A model generated the notes under the pieces. It searched no databases. It saw only the letters and a list, made by a program, of their open reading frames with translations, and was not told the origin of the DNA. Of a stretch of DNA of 64,000 nt, positions 40,151 to 54,504 are shown in pieces (position 1 is the first letter of the stretch; every line of letters begins with the position of its first letter). The stretch lies in the NCBI GenBank assembly GCA_977030845.1, contig OZ365113.1, positions 17,298,001-17,362,000 of the forward strand. The letters are read 5' to 3'. The position numbers and the translations under genes are program-made. The DNA comes from Fimbriosthenelais zetlandica (Eukaryota).

Positions 40151-43100
40151 CTATATGTAATACATAGCGTACACTCAGTCCCTTTCTCCACTTAGGTGGC
40201 CTGCATCCTTTAATCCTTCAAACCCTTTCCTTTCCCTTTCCACTTCCTATCCCCATCAGCCTTTCTCAGTCGCCAGTCTCTCTAGATAAGCATGCTCTTC
40301 ACTGTACAACCGCCATTCTGAATTGCCAACGCCCCTTGACTTTTGATAAGTCTTTTAAATGCAGACATGTAACTTGTAAGATTGGACGTGCAGAAAATAT
40401 TCATTAGCAAGTGATGAATCAGCTTTCCACTTTACTCCTTCATCACTCTCTCCCCTTCTCTCTCCCCTCGCATCTTCCCTCTCGCCTGGCGCTATTCGGC
40501 GCTTCTACTAGCGTCAACACCCCAGTCCCTGGAGGCACGAGGCAGCAGGCCCTCCAGGGTAGAGATAAGCCACGGGTAGCAGGAGGAGCCGGGTGGCGAG
40601 GTGTTTAAAGACCCGCAGGGACAATCCATTGCCAGCACACAAGCCTGGGGCCCCAACATGTGGATTTTTGATCATATATAACCTTCCTTTCAGTCCTCTC
40701 CTCTCCGGTCAGAAGATAGTGTTGGAGGAGGTAGTTTGTGGTACAGCCACTCAGAGAGATAGCGCTTATCTCTCATGTAAATTGGGCATATTTTGTATTC
40801 TCCTAATTGATAAACCAAATTAGATTAGACTAGTTTAATTTGACTATCATGCTGCACAGAGGTATTCTTAATATGGCATTAATTGGGAGGTGGGTATGCT
40901 GAAGGCAGTAGTGAGATTTATGCATTTTTCCTCCCATGTTCACGCATCTCCACATCCATGAATAATTCCAGCCATGGTGAGTTCACATCAGCATGCCCTC
41001 TCCCCATCTTCAACCTACTTCATTAATGCTTCAGAAGAGAGTTATAGAATATCCTTTTTCCATCCAATCACTTTTTAAAATTTATAATCCGGGGTATTGA
41101 ATGGTGTGAAGGGTATCATTTTACTGCAGGATTTTAAAAAGAATGTTTTAATAATTGATTGAATTGCTGCAGCCAGGACATTTTACTTATGGGTGAATGA
41201 TTCCTTGGAGGGAGTGCTGATGCATTTTCCAAAGTCACTGTGGAAAGGGAGACCAATTTTTGTAGTAAAGGGGAAATGGTGCATTGACGTCCCAACATGA
41301 GCGTTGCTTTGCTGGCTTGTTATCGACGCCTTGTCGTACAAACAGACATCTGTGCAATAAAGACACCCTAGAGTCTTAATAAATGTCATTTTGTATTGGA
41401 AAATATTAACGGGTCGGCAGATACGGTCATACAATGACTGGGCAATCTGGCTAGAGGTCTGGGGGAAACAATGAAGATAGGCGAAAGCGAAATTAGGTGT
41501 TGAGAAGGCTGCCGAATCAGTTTGGTCCATATCAGTATTCCCCAAGGGAAATCCTGTCAGGCGTTTTAGCCATGCGAAGATCTATTGACGCCCAGATCTT
41601 TAGGTGGTGGATCACTCTCACCTTCTTTCACCCCTCACCCCACTCGCCCCCTGCCCCCTTTCCCTCTCCCTGGTGCCCCCTTATAGAGAAACTTCCCCCT
41701 CTTTCCTAAGTACCCATCCAACCTTCATTGTACATACACACATAAAATATGCACATCAAAGCTCCCAAAGCTTCCTATTTATAGCCCAAACGCCATACAA
41801 AAGATATGATGATCGTGTCGACGCCTGGTTTCATGACCCTGGCGGTAAGTAGTGGTGGCCGGTGAGGGAGGTGTGGAGGGACCTCCGTCTCCTTTGTGAT
41901 GTTGGCTTTATCGCCCGGCCAACAGGGGCTGAGTAGTATATGGAAATGGTTGTATGCAGCAGGAGGGCCCCTGTTCTATAGCTTTAATATCAGAAATCCT
42001 GTCAAGTGAATGATGATTATTGTATAGAGCCCTTTGTGGATACTTCGATCAGAGATTCTGGCTGAAACTGATCCGAACTCCTTGCACTTGCCGCCATTCT
42101 TTGTTCGAAATGAAGGTCTTAAACAGATGACTGCCAGTTTTCAGTCTCTGGATGTCTCCAAATGGATGTTTTCAAAGGGTCCAGGCTATTTGCAATGGCT
42201 AAGCCTATGTGTACGGTAGGTTGCATTATACTGTACATCCATGTACTATATATTATAGATCCATGTCAGGTTGTAGAAATAACTGGATTCATATAGGAGG
42301 ATTTAGCTGACAAAATACACATCACAAGTTCTACACATCTATATATAGATGATACAACAGAATTAGGATGCACTTCAAGAAAAAAAAGTCACGTCAGCAC
42401 AAAAAGCTAAATGGACATTTAAATGGTACTTCTCTTAGTACCAACAGCAGAAACAGCATTGAATGCTTCCAAGTCAATGAATGTGTTAAGAAGTGCACAT
42501 TAGTTTCCAGTGAACGCCCTGGGGGAAGAACATTGTTTGCATTTCCTAAACTGGTGGTGATTACATCCCATCAGATATTCATGGCATCTCATAGTCTTCC
42601 TATCCTGGAGGATATATTACCCACTGGAATTGAATCAAAGCTGCTTCCAATGACATGTATTCATTACAGTCAGCTTTTTCTCATGCCATCTCCCCCCTTG
42701 GAGCGAATATCTGGAAATGATGATCTGTAATAATTGATGTAATGTGCTAGTATTTATAAATTTACTATAAATTTCATGGACTGTCATATTCGTATACATG
42801 AGTCAAATTTATTGGAAGAGGGAAGATTATTTCGAATTGTATGAAGGCGGCATGAGGCTGTAGTTTGGGATATGGTTTCTCTCTATTCTAGAGGACTGTA
42901 CACGGACTATCGTGGACTGTTTTGTGGAACATACACAGCTCTATGCCTTGCAATCATATGGATGTGTCACGCCCCTGGAAGGCAGACAAATTCATTCTTT
43001 CCTTACCATTGGTAGGGCTATAACTGAGACGTGCTCGTTAAAAAGAGGACAGCTGTCAAAATCCCAGATACTACACCTCACCAGCCACCCAGAGAAGCAT

Positions 43101-43402
43101 GGCTAAGAAAGATAAACATTTGGCCAATCAGCACGGAGTTCATGCTTCTTGTGTCATCACTCCAACCTCAACATCTCATTCATGAGCACATCCCCGCTGA
43201 TTTACGACTGTCTTCTCTTTCATTATGTATTTAATACATGTCCATCTGTTCACAGCACTCCTCTATCATACCCCTTATATTGCTTTACGGGGACTGTAAT
43301 GAAAGCCTAGGCATAATGGAGGTTTTCATTTATACATGCACATTTATGCATTATCCATGGAGAAGGGAAATCTAAAAATATCTCCAAAGTCATATCATGT
43401 TA

Positions 43403-43416
43403 GTTTCCATGGCAAC
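43403..43416. promoter_or_regulatory. RFX X-box GTTTCCATGGCAAC
   Basis: Matches the X-box consensus; an identical copy lies at 44529 with unrelated flanks. Confidence 0.5.
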
Positions 43417-44528
43417 CGAAGGTGGTGATTGTACGTTGAGGGACCTGGTTGCAATGTACCATGAGGATAGGCCTATATTCCCGGGCACTCCTCCAAAACC
43501 GTCAAACCCATGGACACGAGCCCCTCAATAAGTAAGGCTCCACTTTACCTACCCATTTACTGTCACCCCTGCCTACCCTTCAACAGCACTGTCACTTCCT
43601 GATTAAATCTGATGCTGTGCTCACAGATGAGTGACAGTTCCCGTATGAATATATAAGCACGGAAAGAAAAAACAATGGCAGTATATCGAACAAATTTGCA
43701 TGAAAATAAATCATTCTATATGATAGGTTAAAAGAAAAGAGGTAATAAGACACTGGGATTTATTTTCAGTGAGAAACCCAAGACCTATCGATTGCAGATG
43801 ACATTTTAGCCCTAATCTAAACGTTTGCATGCAAGAAGGTAGCTAAATGATGCTACATGAGATACCCATCATTGGCTTACAAATCCCCTATCTGAAGCTA
43901 AATCGTATATTTCTGTGATTATGTAAGGCAACATGCTTTCTATGTAGTCCTTAGGTCATAGTATTGTGAGATAGGGATGTGATGACATAGAGAAAGGGAA
44001 AGACGGTGGAGGATAGGAGGAGGGAGTGGCCTTGAATCAGGCACCACCATACACAGCCATGGCAGTGTGATAACAAAACTGTCTCCCAAGCAGCAGCAGC
44101 TTTCTTATAACAATTCTGTTAATTCATGGCTAATGTATCTGTGCCTTTATATGCAATTGGCACATGCAAGGCATGAAGTCCGTTTTGTCGCATACAGTAT
44201 GATATATGCTTATGACTAATATAGCTTCAAATTCACGGTCGCTGAAACCTGGACGATGCAATGGCTCCCTCTATCTAGGTGAAGACATGCAGGCGATGGA
44301 GAGGCACTGCAGATAAACAGAGGATTACGTTTCTCTGCATTTTCTCCAAGACAGTTGACAAAAGGCTCTATGATATATGGACATGAAGTACATGGCGGAC
44401 TGGGAAGGCCGGCCACTGACGGGGAGATCCACAGCAGTATGTTAGGAAAACGAGCTGCCTGTTCAAACATGAGGCAAACCCTTCCTCACATCCCTATACA
44501 CGGATGTATGCATACCGACTGCTAATAC

Positions 44529-44542
44529 GTTTCCATGGCAAC
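44529..44542. promoter_or_regulatory. RFX X-box GTTTCCATGGCAAC
   Basis: Identical to 43403-43416. Confidence 0.5.
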
Positions 44543-47500
44543 ATGTCCATCCACTGCTCTGCAGCATTCATTCCTATCATTTGATTTTCCATTGACTTGT
44601 TACCCTTATTTTCTAACCAAATTATTAACCAGAACTGCATGATAATTTGTTGTCCCTGAGAAACACGTGTACTCCATGGCTCACTATAATGGCTAAAAGT
44701 TCAGGTTGCAGTTATTAACAAAATGGGTCAATGATCCTCAATCTGAAGTAGGGCAGCTGCTGTTCCTATCTTGCTTAATATGAGTCATGTGATGATAGTA
44801 GAAACCCCCCACTTTATGAAACATGGCCTATTTTTAGCAACTGAATGTGTTGCTGACATCAAAGTGCCTTTGCATCCATGGGGACTTAGATTCATTCCAC
44901 CTTTCACTGCCCACATCCGATTAAAACTAATCTATTCAAGATTGATCATCTAGTTGGCTGCCATGGACCTCACAATCCGGTGACATGCCACAAATTAAAA
45001 TAAGCATGAATGGCATGCAAGAGCGAGCATTATCAATTAGTTTCCTGCTACGGACGATTGTGATATTAAGCTCTCCAGTCATAGTTCATATAAATGAAGC
45101 AAGCATGCTATTTTGTAATTGAGCTATCTTTTTTAAGATGGCATTGTTATTTTCATTATAATGCATTTGACAATGACTGATTTACCCCCCAAGCATACGA
45201 AGGATGTTTCTGGTGATTTTGTACACGGGGGAGCAGTGTACCTCTCTCTTACTGAAAGGATTCACCTATAAGAAAACACCATTGCTAAGTAGATAACCGG
45301 AGAATGCCTTTTACCAGTTACTTTTTCTGGAATGGTGACAAAATAAAACAGCAACTGACAAAACATCAAAGGGATGAGGTGGTAATGCACGGACAGTAAA
45401 TATTTGACGGCAGAAACAAGGCAGAATGAGGTACTGCCTTTCAAAGCGTTCCTCTATCGACCATGCCTTTGTTCTGCATTCTGCAAAAGGACTCCTAGCT
45501 GCAAGCATTCAAATATGGTATGAAGACACAGTAGCTGTTCTAAAAATACCTTCACAAACGATTGTCATACAATCCTTTTTCCAGGCATCATGTGTGTTGA
45601 ATGAATTGGATTCTCTAACAGACGTTTGAATGCCAGGCCTTTCTAATTCCAGAAGCATTGGAGTGTCAAAAGCAATAATTATGAATCGCTAACTCAAATG
45701 TCTTGAAGAATCTATATGAATTTATAGCTTCAATGTCATCTTCAGTATTCAAACATTCGAGTTTGGATTGACAGCTCATTGGTTTTCTACAAGGGCGACA
45801 GCCCCTTGTAAATCCCATTGTGTGAGATACCCAATTATAGTTGGGGATGCACCACATCTACACCTAGCTATCTGCCGGTGTTGTTGCTGTGCCATGGTAA
45901 CAGAGGAGGAGAGGAAGAGCAATGATATTTGTTCTTTTGACAGAGACTATGGACTTTTGAGGATTCCATTGCATTCCAGTGCTTGCTGAAAAGAAATCCT
46001 GCCTGTCTGCAATGACGGCAAGCTGCCACTATGGGGCTCTCGGAATGCAGGTTGCTGCTCAGCTCTGCTCACAAGGAAATAGGCCCTACAGAATGAGCTG
46101 CTCAATTGGACGTACACAAAAATCTCATTTGAGGAGTGCTAAGACTGTTTACATGTCATAGCCGAGCACACAGACAAGCTAATCTCTCCATAGTTTGCGT
46201 CGATGCATTCGCTTTTCCTGCCATCATGGCCCTGACGATCCAGGATATAGAGGCAGGCTTTCCAATACTAAATCCAAAGACCTTCAGGGCCATCTGGATA
46301 CAAGCAATAAACGACCATATTTCGAGGCAACCTAGTTTATCTGTTAACACTTCATTTATGAGAATAGATGTAAAACAAAATCATGGGCATAAATAAATAT
46401 CAACTCCCGTGCATTAAAAATGCAATATCTTCAGCTGACTACACATTGTGTCAGCCAAGGCTATCCTTATGAAAACTGTGCTTTTGCCAGTTGGAGAAAG
46501 GAATGGTGGAGTTTTTGGTGCGCCCCTTTACTCCTCTTTCATGATGGGGGTTTGGGGTGTTGGTAATGGCAGTGGTCTACATCAATCAGCTAGTCCTGGC
46601 CTCCAGCACTGTCTGATGGGGTCTTCCACGAGGTGACGATCAACCTTGAACCAAACGATGAAGCAGCAACGCACCATACGGTTCTATTCACTCAGTCCTG
46701 CCTGCAGGTGACTGTCACATCATGATAAAATATGGACGTGTGTAAAAATATCAGGTTCTTACTGGGTCAACCATTAGCTAGGCATGGCTGCTGCCTCCCT
46801 TCACAAAGGTGCACATTTTAGCGCCATTCCTAGTGATTGGCGACCAGGCGCACAGCACCGTGAGCAGCCTTGTCAGTCGGTGCAAACCGATGTAAGAAAT
46901 CCTTCTCTGTTGAACCTCGTGTTGGCACCACAGTGGAAATAATTTGCTCACAGATCTGGCATCAACAATAGATATGAAAGCAATGGCAGATTAAACACCA
47001 GCAGCGAATTTCAATAGCAAGCGCATCTTGGTCTGGGTCGTACCAGTCTTCTCTAGTCGCTTCTAAAAATAGGTACATCAAATTAACCGCACATATTGCA
47101 GGTCAAAATTTGCACAGAAAATCACCAAACCTTTCTGCATTTGCCAAGAAGAAGCCATTTCAAACTATTCAACAGCTCAAATGGCTTGTCCAAAAAGGGA
47201 CCTTTGGATGATTAACTGGAAGATGGGGACGACCAGAAATAGGGTCTTAGACAAGGACAGTGACGAAGGGTTACCTCTACAGGCCCTCCGATTGTATCAA
47301 ATGTCCTGACGCTTCCAGGGCGCAGGAGAGGCATAATTGGCCCCCAGTCACTGCTGCATAGCTGCTGAGGGGCCATCCATAACCTGACTGTCAGAGCATG
47401 AGCTACCTGCTGGAAAGACTGTGTTTTGTGAAGGCGAGTGATGTGTGAGCTGGGTGTAGTACTACATAACTTCAAAGGCACACACCCCTTAAGCCAAAAT

Positions 47501-50500
47501 ATAGGGATTTGGTTCGTCCTTTCATCATCCATTGCCCTATTAGTGGGCCTTCGGACACGTTGCTTTGTAAAGGCTCGTCCTCATTTGGGTCTACCTCGAC
47601 GACCTTCCCAAAAATCAGAGGCGGAAAACATGCACCGGCAGATGCGGGTTCTGTGTTGGGCAAGTGGTTAGTTAACCTGCCTATAAACTTAATCCTGCCA
47701 TTTCTCTTCCTGTCTGTTTTTCTATATATGGCAGATAGGTATATATAGAGAAGAACCTTGAACCTTTGTACCAAGTTCTTCTCTGCAATGAAAAGGGGAT
47801 GTGAACCAATGAGAGTCCATAGAGACCTGTCAATGTTGACCACCCCCAATTATTAGGAGCCGACTTATAATGAGCTCCTAATTTACTTAGCTCCTTGACA
47901 TATTGATTCACGTTGTGTTCTCTTGATGTCTGTGTGTTAGGAATCTGTGCCAGGTGAGGCAATCTCAGAAGGTAGTCAGGCTTCTGTGTGCCTGAATTGG
48001 ACAATGAATGGTATTTCTTTCTGAACTATCTCTAAAGTGACTGACACACATTCTCTTGTGAAAATTGTTCAGGTTTCCTGTAGTTCACTTTCATATATAA
48101 GTCTGCCTTTCAGCTCTCAATTATGTCTTGCATTTTGAGTACATGTAGGCCTACCTGAATTCTTTGGAAAAACACCCTATTCAAAGAATATAAAAACCCT
48201 TCGTGGACTATTTGACAATGGCTCTAAACATGATGGATATAGTGCCGTCAAGTGAAAAAATGGCGTCAACGCCCACGTTCCGTATTGGTGAAGGAGAATG
48301 GCAGCTTAGAGAAAGCTCGTGCAAGCTCCAGATCCTATCATCCATTCACCAGCTCGGAAGGTGGCCTCGACTGTTTTAATATTAAAACCATTATTACATC
48401 TGGAAGGTTGCCGCGTGCGGCCCCAGAATTCTGCTTCATGCCCCCATCAGTGCCACCAGCCAGGATGGCCGTCTCTGCATCACTACAGAGTTTCTAGAGG
48501 GATGAAGCGAGGAGGCTGTTCTATTTTTAGAACAAAACCTGTTGAGTCAGCAAGTGTAGTGATCAGCTCGGATGAGCGACAATGGTTGACAATAGCAATG
48601 TGTTGAGCGTGGTCGTCTAGAATGGCTCTTTCTACTTCTCAGTCTGATTCTACAACCCTTTACCACTTACACTTCTCCCCCTCCTCCTCTACCTCCACAT
48701 TTGCTCGTCCCTGCACTGCTCTCTTTGTTTGCTGCCACATTATCGACACCTGAATCACATTTTCTGTCTATTCTCCACCTCTCTTGGAGAGACTCTTGGT
48801 TACCCAAATTCTTGATAATTCGTTGTTGGATCCCAAACGTTGTTCCCAACTCTTATATCCATGCAGCGAATCGCATGATCATTTGATAGGCAGGCCAATA
48901 AATTGTCATCATGACCAATCATTTCTTTCGAGAAATTTGAAACCTGCCTCTCCCATCCAGCCTCGTTTTATGAATGTTTCTTGGAGGGTTGCTTGTCTCA
49001 CCTGAACAAATAAAAAGTGAACTTGCAAGACTTGAGGTTAAAATGCAGTTAATCATCACTGCATTCACCAGCATTGTGCCTTTAACATTTTCTTTGATCA
49101 GCTTGACCTGAAGGTTATGTTAGAGGTCACAGATGGTTTCACTCGCATATGAATACTTAATGAGTGATGACAATGGCCTGCTGGCATGGCAAGGGCCTTC
49201 CTGAGTGGAATGCGCCAGTTGAAAATGGGCTCGGTCTACAGTAGTTATAAACTTAATAATGGCCTGGTCAGCAAAGGACCATAAATGGAAGTACATATGG
49301 ACTGGGTAGGCGCAGTCTCACAATACCAAATTAACCCCGAGAGGATTGGAAGTGCATCCGAATGCAGACGGGTCCATGCAAACCTTGCAGAAATTGAAGT
49401 CCTCTAACGATGGGAAAACGAAGGTCGTAATGCATTGTTGTGTGACCGTTGAGAATGCTTAATTGACAAAAACTGTTAGCAGTTGATTAATTATCAAGTT
49501 GGCCTTTTGTCTAAAATGTCTCCATCTGTAATGTTACCACGATGGAGAGGTACGGGGGCCATAATAGACAGAAATAGCTGGTCATGCGGGATGTAATTAC
49601 ACGCTATTCATCTGATTAAATTTCTACTCTTTTCCGCCAAATTCCACTGGCGACCGAGCATTCAGTGGCCAACACTTTATCATCTTTCATCTTGTTCACA
49701 AGGGTCGGAGACAAGCATCTTCTTCATAAGCCATCATCCCATATGCTTAGATGGATTTCTTGTTTCGAATCTCCAATGCCCTGAAAATAGTAACTGTGAA
49801 TACGGGATGATACCTGGTCTTTTTGTATCATTTAAAATGGGAGTCAGCAAGAATATTATCAGGCTGGATGATGGATGGGTTGCTGTCATCATGCCATCAG
49901 TATGTAGTCCACGATGTGGTCCGCATTAATTGTAATTAGAAATCAGTGGCTGATAATCGCACCACGGCTGTTGCATGTTGATAACCACATCAAACGCAAC
50001 CTTATTACTTGTGCAAGGAAGAGCACAGAAATAAATTAACGAAAATAATGGTATGATCATGGAATGGCAGAGTTGGCCGTTTCCTTCTGCTCGCAGTCCA
50101 GCCATGGCCTGCCATTACACAAGTTTAATTCCTCGTCCGTGAATGGCCTTGGGCCCCACTTTTATTAGCACAAATGGGCTAAATACACATCAGAAAACTG
50201 CTGAAAATAGACTATAGATAGTTTATGAGCAGTTAGTACGTGGTCCATAGTTTTCACCATATTGATTTCTCCCCTGCTGCAAGATGAGGTTTCTCCCAGC
50301 GTCCTCTGGCCCCAGAAGGGGCTCACAAATGACATGGGCGAGAAGTGCTCGTTCTCAAAAAAGGGAACTGTTGTTCGATGCGAAAAACTAAAGGATTGAG
50401 ACGTTGGCCCCCGGTCTCAAGTGAACCAGCTCCTGGTCCCCCTGTGATTGTACATGCTGGCCCGCCAACAAAAGTTGGATGAATCGTTTCTTTGGAAGGC

Positions 50501-50514
50501 CATGAATATTTGAG

Positions 50515-50528
50515 GTTGTCATGGAAAC
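50515..50528. promoter_or_regulatory. RFX X-box GTTGTCATGGAAAC
   Basis: Its reverse complement differs by one base from the two copies above. Confidence 0.45.
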
Positions 50529-52041
50529 GCTTTTCGCGGGGGAGTGGCAGTTGGTTTGTGCAAGACATCCGTGACACAAATAAAGATGAAGAAAGTCTTG
50601 TTGGAGAGTCTTAGGATCTCTCCTTCTATTGTACCAGTCATGTACTTGAAGCACTCGAGTTTTAGTGAAGTGATGGGCTGAAGGGGTGGGGGGTTGGGGA
50701 CAGTTTGTGTGATGCCACTGAATGACCATGAAAGAAACCCATTGAATCACAATACTGCTGCTTTAAGTGGTTTATGATACCGACCATATCTGATCATAAA
50801 GAAATTACGAAAAAGACTTTCGCTGGGAGAGTATGCTGGTATACTTTGGTTTGCACAATATGAAATTGGCACCACCCATATTTCCCATCCATATCACGTA
50901 TAACCCTTATGATACATCACTTACTCAGAGTCCCTCTTCTATTTCACCACCAATGCCATACATTCTCCTTTCTATTGTGAGCAATATTCCCTATGGTTGC
51001 TGTACAGAATTGACCAAATTCACACCAATAAATTGCAATCTGTCTGTGCATGATCTTATATCTGCCTTATCAGACTCCTCATATCCTCCGGCACCCAGGA
51101 GTCCGTTTCAAAACGAATATTAGCCATAGAATTAGCATTGCTAATTCTCCTTTTGAAACAGGCTCCAGTTTGGTATAGTAGTATACTTTGTCTCCCATTC
51201 CCCCCTGATTAATGCATCAACTGTATGTACATGAATGTTAATGTAAGTGAATGTTCTATTACTTATCACCGATTAGGCCGGATCAACGGACGGCTCAGTG
51301 AAGGCCTAGCTTTAAATTGATCACTAGTATAGGAATGGTTTCACCGCCTTGAATAGCCTCCTTGTTGTTGTGTATTAGGAGGGAAGGAAGGGATCTACAC
51401 AATTAAATGAACTTTCCGGTTCCCTTCCTTACATGTAATTACCGGCCTGAAAGGGTTAAGGGGCTCGTTATTAGAGAAGGTCATTGGGACAATTCCACTC
51501 GACTGGTTGTGAATTGGGGACACGAAGCTATCTTAAGAAAGAAGGCCTGCATTGTGATAATTGGCTACGTCGCCAAATCCTCCCCATTTTCACCCAGCAT
51601 CCTGGGGCTAGTCTGCTGGCTACAGGGGCCTGGTAATGCCCCTCCCTGTCTTCGACACACCGCCCTTCCCATTCCTTATCCTTCCCCCTAGCTTAAACCG
51701 CACTGCTTCAAATGTAGTCTAAGGGATGGGTGTTTTATCCAGTCCTCCCTTCTATGAAGTTAGAGGAGGAGGACTGAGGGAATCCTTTCCCCTGAAATAT
51801 GGACCGCAGGGAAGAATTGGATTTAGAGGGTAACGATCGTTAGCTGAGGAGCAAGGTCAAAATCCTGCCCGGAATGAGTTCATGACATTCATGAAGATCG
51901 GACGGGGCTCTATGTACACCTTCAAGGCATCCTTTCCATGCCATAAACTTTGGGAGCTTTCTACGTCGCGGTGCCACTAATCTACTGTTGAACATTTCAA
52001 GGGATCACTCAGGTTCCAAAGGATATGACTATCAAAGTCCC

Positions 52042-52230
52042 TCAACACCAAGCACCGGGGTTTCTACTACAGAAAACCTCTTGTATATGAATGAAATGTT
52101 CCTTGGGGGTGGAGCCCTGACTTACCAGAATAACCCTCATAAAGGCTAATTTGACTTGCAGGATATTTTCGGCAAGGGATTCATAAAGTTCAGACTGAAT
52201 ATCAGGCTGAATATTTGACTGGAAATACAA
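52042..52230 (-). mobile_element. Possible decayed Ty3/Gypsy RT remnant
   Basis: ESLAENILQ...VILVSQGSTPKEHFIHIQEVF resembles QxxMENILQ...YxDDILVxGxTxEEHLxHLxEVF, but the catalytic DD is absent. Confidence 0.3.
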
Positions 52231-53984
52231 GCAGCTCCCACGTGATATAGATCCTTAAAATCATCTCCTTTTATTTGATACCACATGAATGTGGCTACCA
52301 TTACCCTTATAGTATAGACTACTCAATGGGTTATTAATTACTTCCATCCTAACTAGCTCACAATTCAGCTTTATATAGAATGGATATCATAAAATAGCAC
52401 ATTGTGGTTCACACATAGTGCCTTACGGCCAGTGTTTACTCAAGGCTTTGATATGGTCTAAACATTAATTGGTAGCACTAGATGTGATGCATTATGCATG
52501 GGCGAGGTGGTGAGATCAAATGTTAGCTGGTCAGACGCACTATGATGATGTGAGCAGAGTGGATGCTGGACTATACACGTTCACTGCGGCTCACATTGAC
52601 AGATGACCATTTGTATTATGTCCACAAAATGAACCCAACCTGGCCAGAATATTCACACATTCTACACTCCACACTTATACACCCTTAAAACACCATCCAA
52701 ATATGGCCTGGTCATCATTTAGACCCACATTATGTAAAGCACTGAACTTCTAAACTTGTTCATTGCTTTGTATAGGGGAATTCATCCCTCCATTATATTC
52801 TTATTCCAGGGTTTTTTTGTCTCCAATTTTGATACAGTGGTTCATTTCTATTTTATTTCCATGTTCGCATGCCTTTTTTTAATCACATCCTGATATTTAT
52901 TTCTAGTCCCTAAATTTATACTCGCAATGGTCCTTGCAGATTACTCAGCCTTCCTTCAACAATGTACAGCGCAGGAAAACAAGTTCCATTGCCTTTCTCC
53001 GGTGCATGCTCACGTATTATTACGCCCAAAGCAATTATGGTCACATTGCACAAGTGTTATTTTAATCAGGACTTCCAAAACAAAAATTCTCAAAGCCTTC
53101 TATTCATGCCAGGGACAGTGGACAGAATTACTGTGGTACGACATGGTAAAGGAACATGAATGCAGGGGCTGTTACGTATTCAGTTATATAACCAGTTGAT
53201 ATATTGAGATTATGTTTGAATATTGCTGCTGCCATTCATCACTGCACAAAGCCCAGGACCAGTGAACCATCATCCAGCCATCGCATTGCAGAAGCAATTC
53301 TCCTCAGCATATGAATGCAACATATTCTATATACACAATGAAAAACCGGTATCTCTAGTACTCTGTGCCAACTCAGTTTCATTTCAGGAAAAGCATTCAA
53401 CCAGTCTTCTGCACAATTAGCATGCATAGTTGAATCGATCTGATTTCAGATTTATGGCACGAAAATGATGCAGTTTACAAAGGTTCTTATAATCGTTTAT
53501 CTTTGCTCTCATGCAGGAAGTTATTGCTTCGGAGAAAAAACCCCCATTGAAATAGGAGTTTCGTTCCATCATCCTGGACTGAGAAAGGCTATTCATTTTT
53601 ATGGTGCTATAGGTTATGCTCTTATTTGTTTCAGATCTCTTGAGGTAAACCTGTTTCATTCACTCTCCATGGCAGGCCAAAAATTATTGCAATTCATCAT
53701 AATCATGTACATTGATTCTTGCCTTAAGACAATGATTGGATTTCTCAGATACCATCCAAGTGCAAAATTACTTATTCGGCATCAATGAAATTATTGATCC
53801 GAAATTTGTTCACACTTGAACCTACAGTCTTCCACTCGCACCCATCACATCATAGAATATCAAACAATTTATATTTTGTTCTTTGAGATATAGTCTTATT
53901 TCCATTCATTATAGTAATGATCTCAATGCATACTTGATTTGAGAGAGAGCACTATTTGATGCCTGGTGATTTTGTATCTTGCAG

Positions 53985-54173
53985 AAAGCCCGATTGACAC
54001 GCATCCGGATGGCCAAAAACTCGGCTGGAGCAGCGTTCCTCAACAGCAAGAAGAAGCTTGAAGAGAGACTTGCTGCTCGGGAGTCTGGGCTAGAAGTAGA
54101 TGCGGAGTTAAAAGACAACGACGTCTTCGGGTTGCAGCATCATCATCTGTTAACCTGTCTCGAGAAAACTACG
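53985..54173 (+). CDS. Shal: Shal/Kv4 exon: post-S6 region and di-leucine motif (KARLTRIRMAKNSAGAAFLNSKKKLEERLAARESGLEVDAELKDNDVFGLQHHHLLTCLEKTT)
   Basis: KARLxRIRxAK and QHHHLLxCLEKTT are Kv4 signatures. Acceptor tatcttgcag ends at 53984; donor ACG|gtgggt at 54174. 189 nt, phase 0-0. Confidence 0.97.
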
Positions 54174-54504
54174 GTGGGTTCTACACCCGGGGTTCTATAT
54201 TATAATAATTATACCTCCCATGCTTAACCTTACCAAGGTGCTTTGAAAGATTTAACATTCCTTTAAATTAGTAAGCCAATTAGACTTAGAGGGAACAATT
54301 CAACCGTCTAACAATCAATGGGTAATATGATTATGATTTGCCTGCATGACACATTCATACATTTCTGCAGGGAACACAGAAATAACCCATTGGCATTTTC
54401 TTGTATGAGGTGTATGGGACTAGGTTTGGATATTTGGTATATTTGGTATATAATACACGTACAAAGTCCCTGCTCTATATTATACCATATATCCTCTATA
54501 ACAG
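54174..54504 (+). other. Shal: Shal intron, 331 bp, phase 0
   Basis: GT..AG ends; EKTT|DREF joins in frame. Confidence 0.92.

Noticed and set aside
46156-46350. FSIGKPASISWIVRAMMAG, loosely like a DIRS tyrosine recombinase segment
   Set aside because: No catalytic R-H-R-Y residues seen, and it is on the opposite strand to the putative YLDD.
47580-47606. LIWVYLDDL, resembling an RT YxDD motif (DIRS-like)
   Set aside because: Flanking RT motifs are not convincingly present at the right spacing and there are stops nearby; could be chance.
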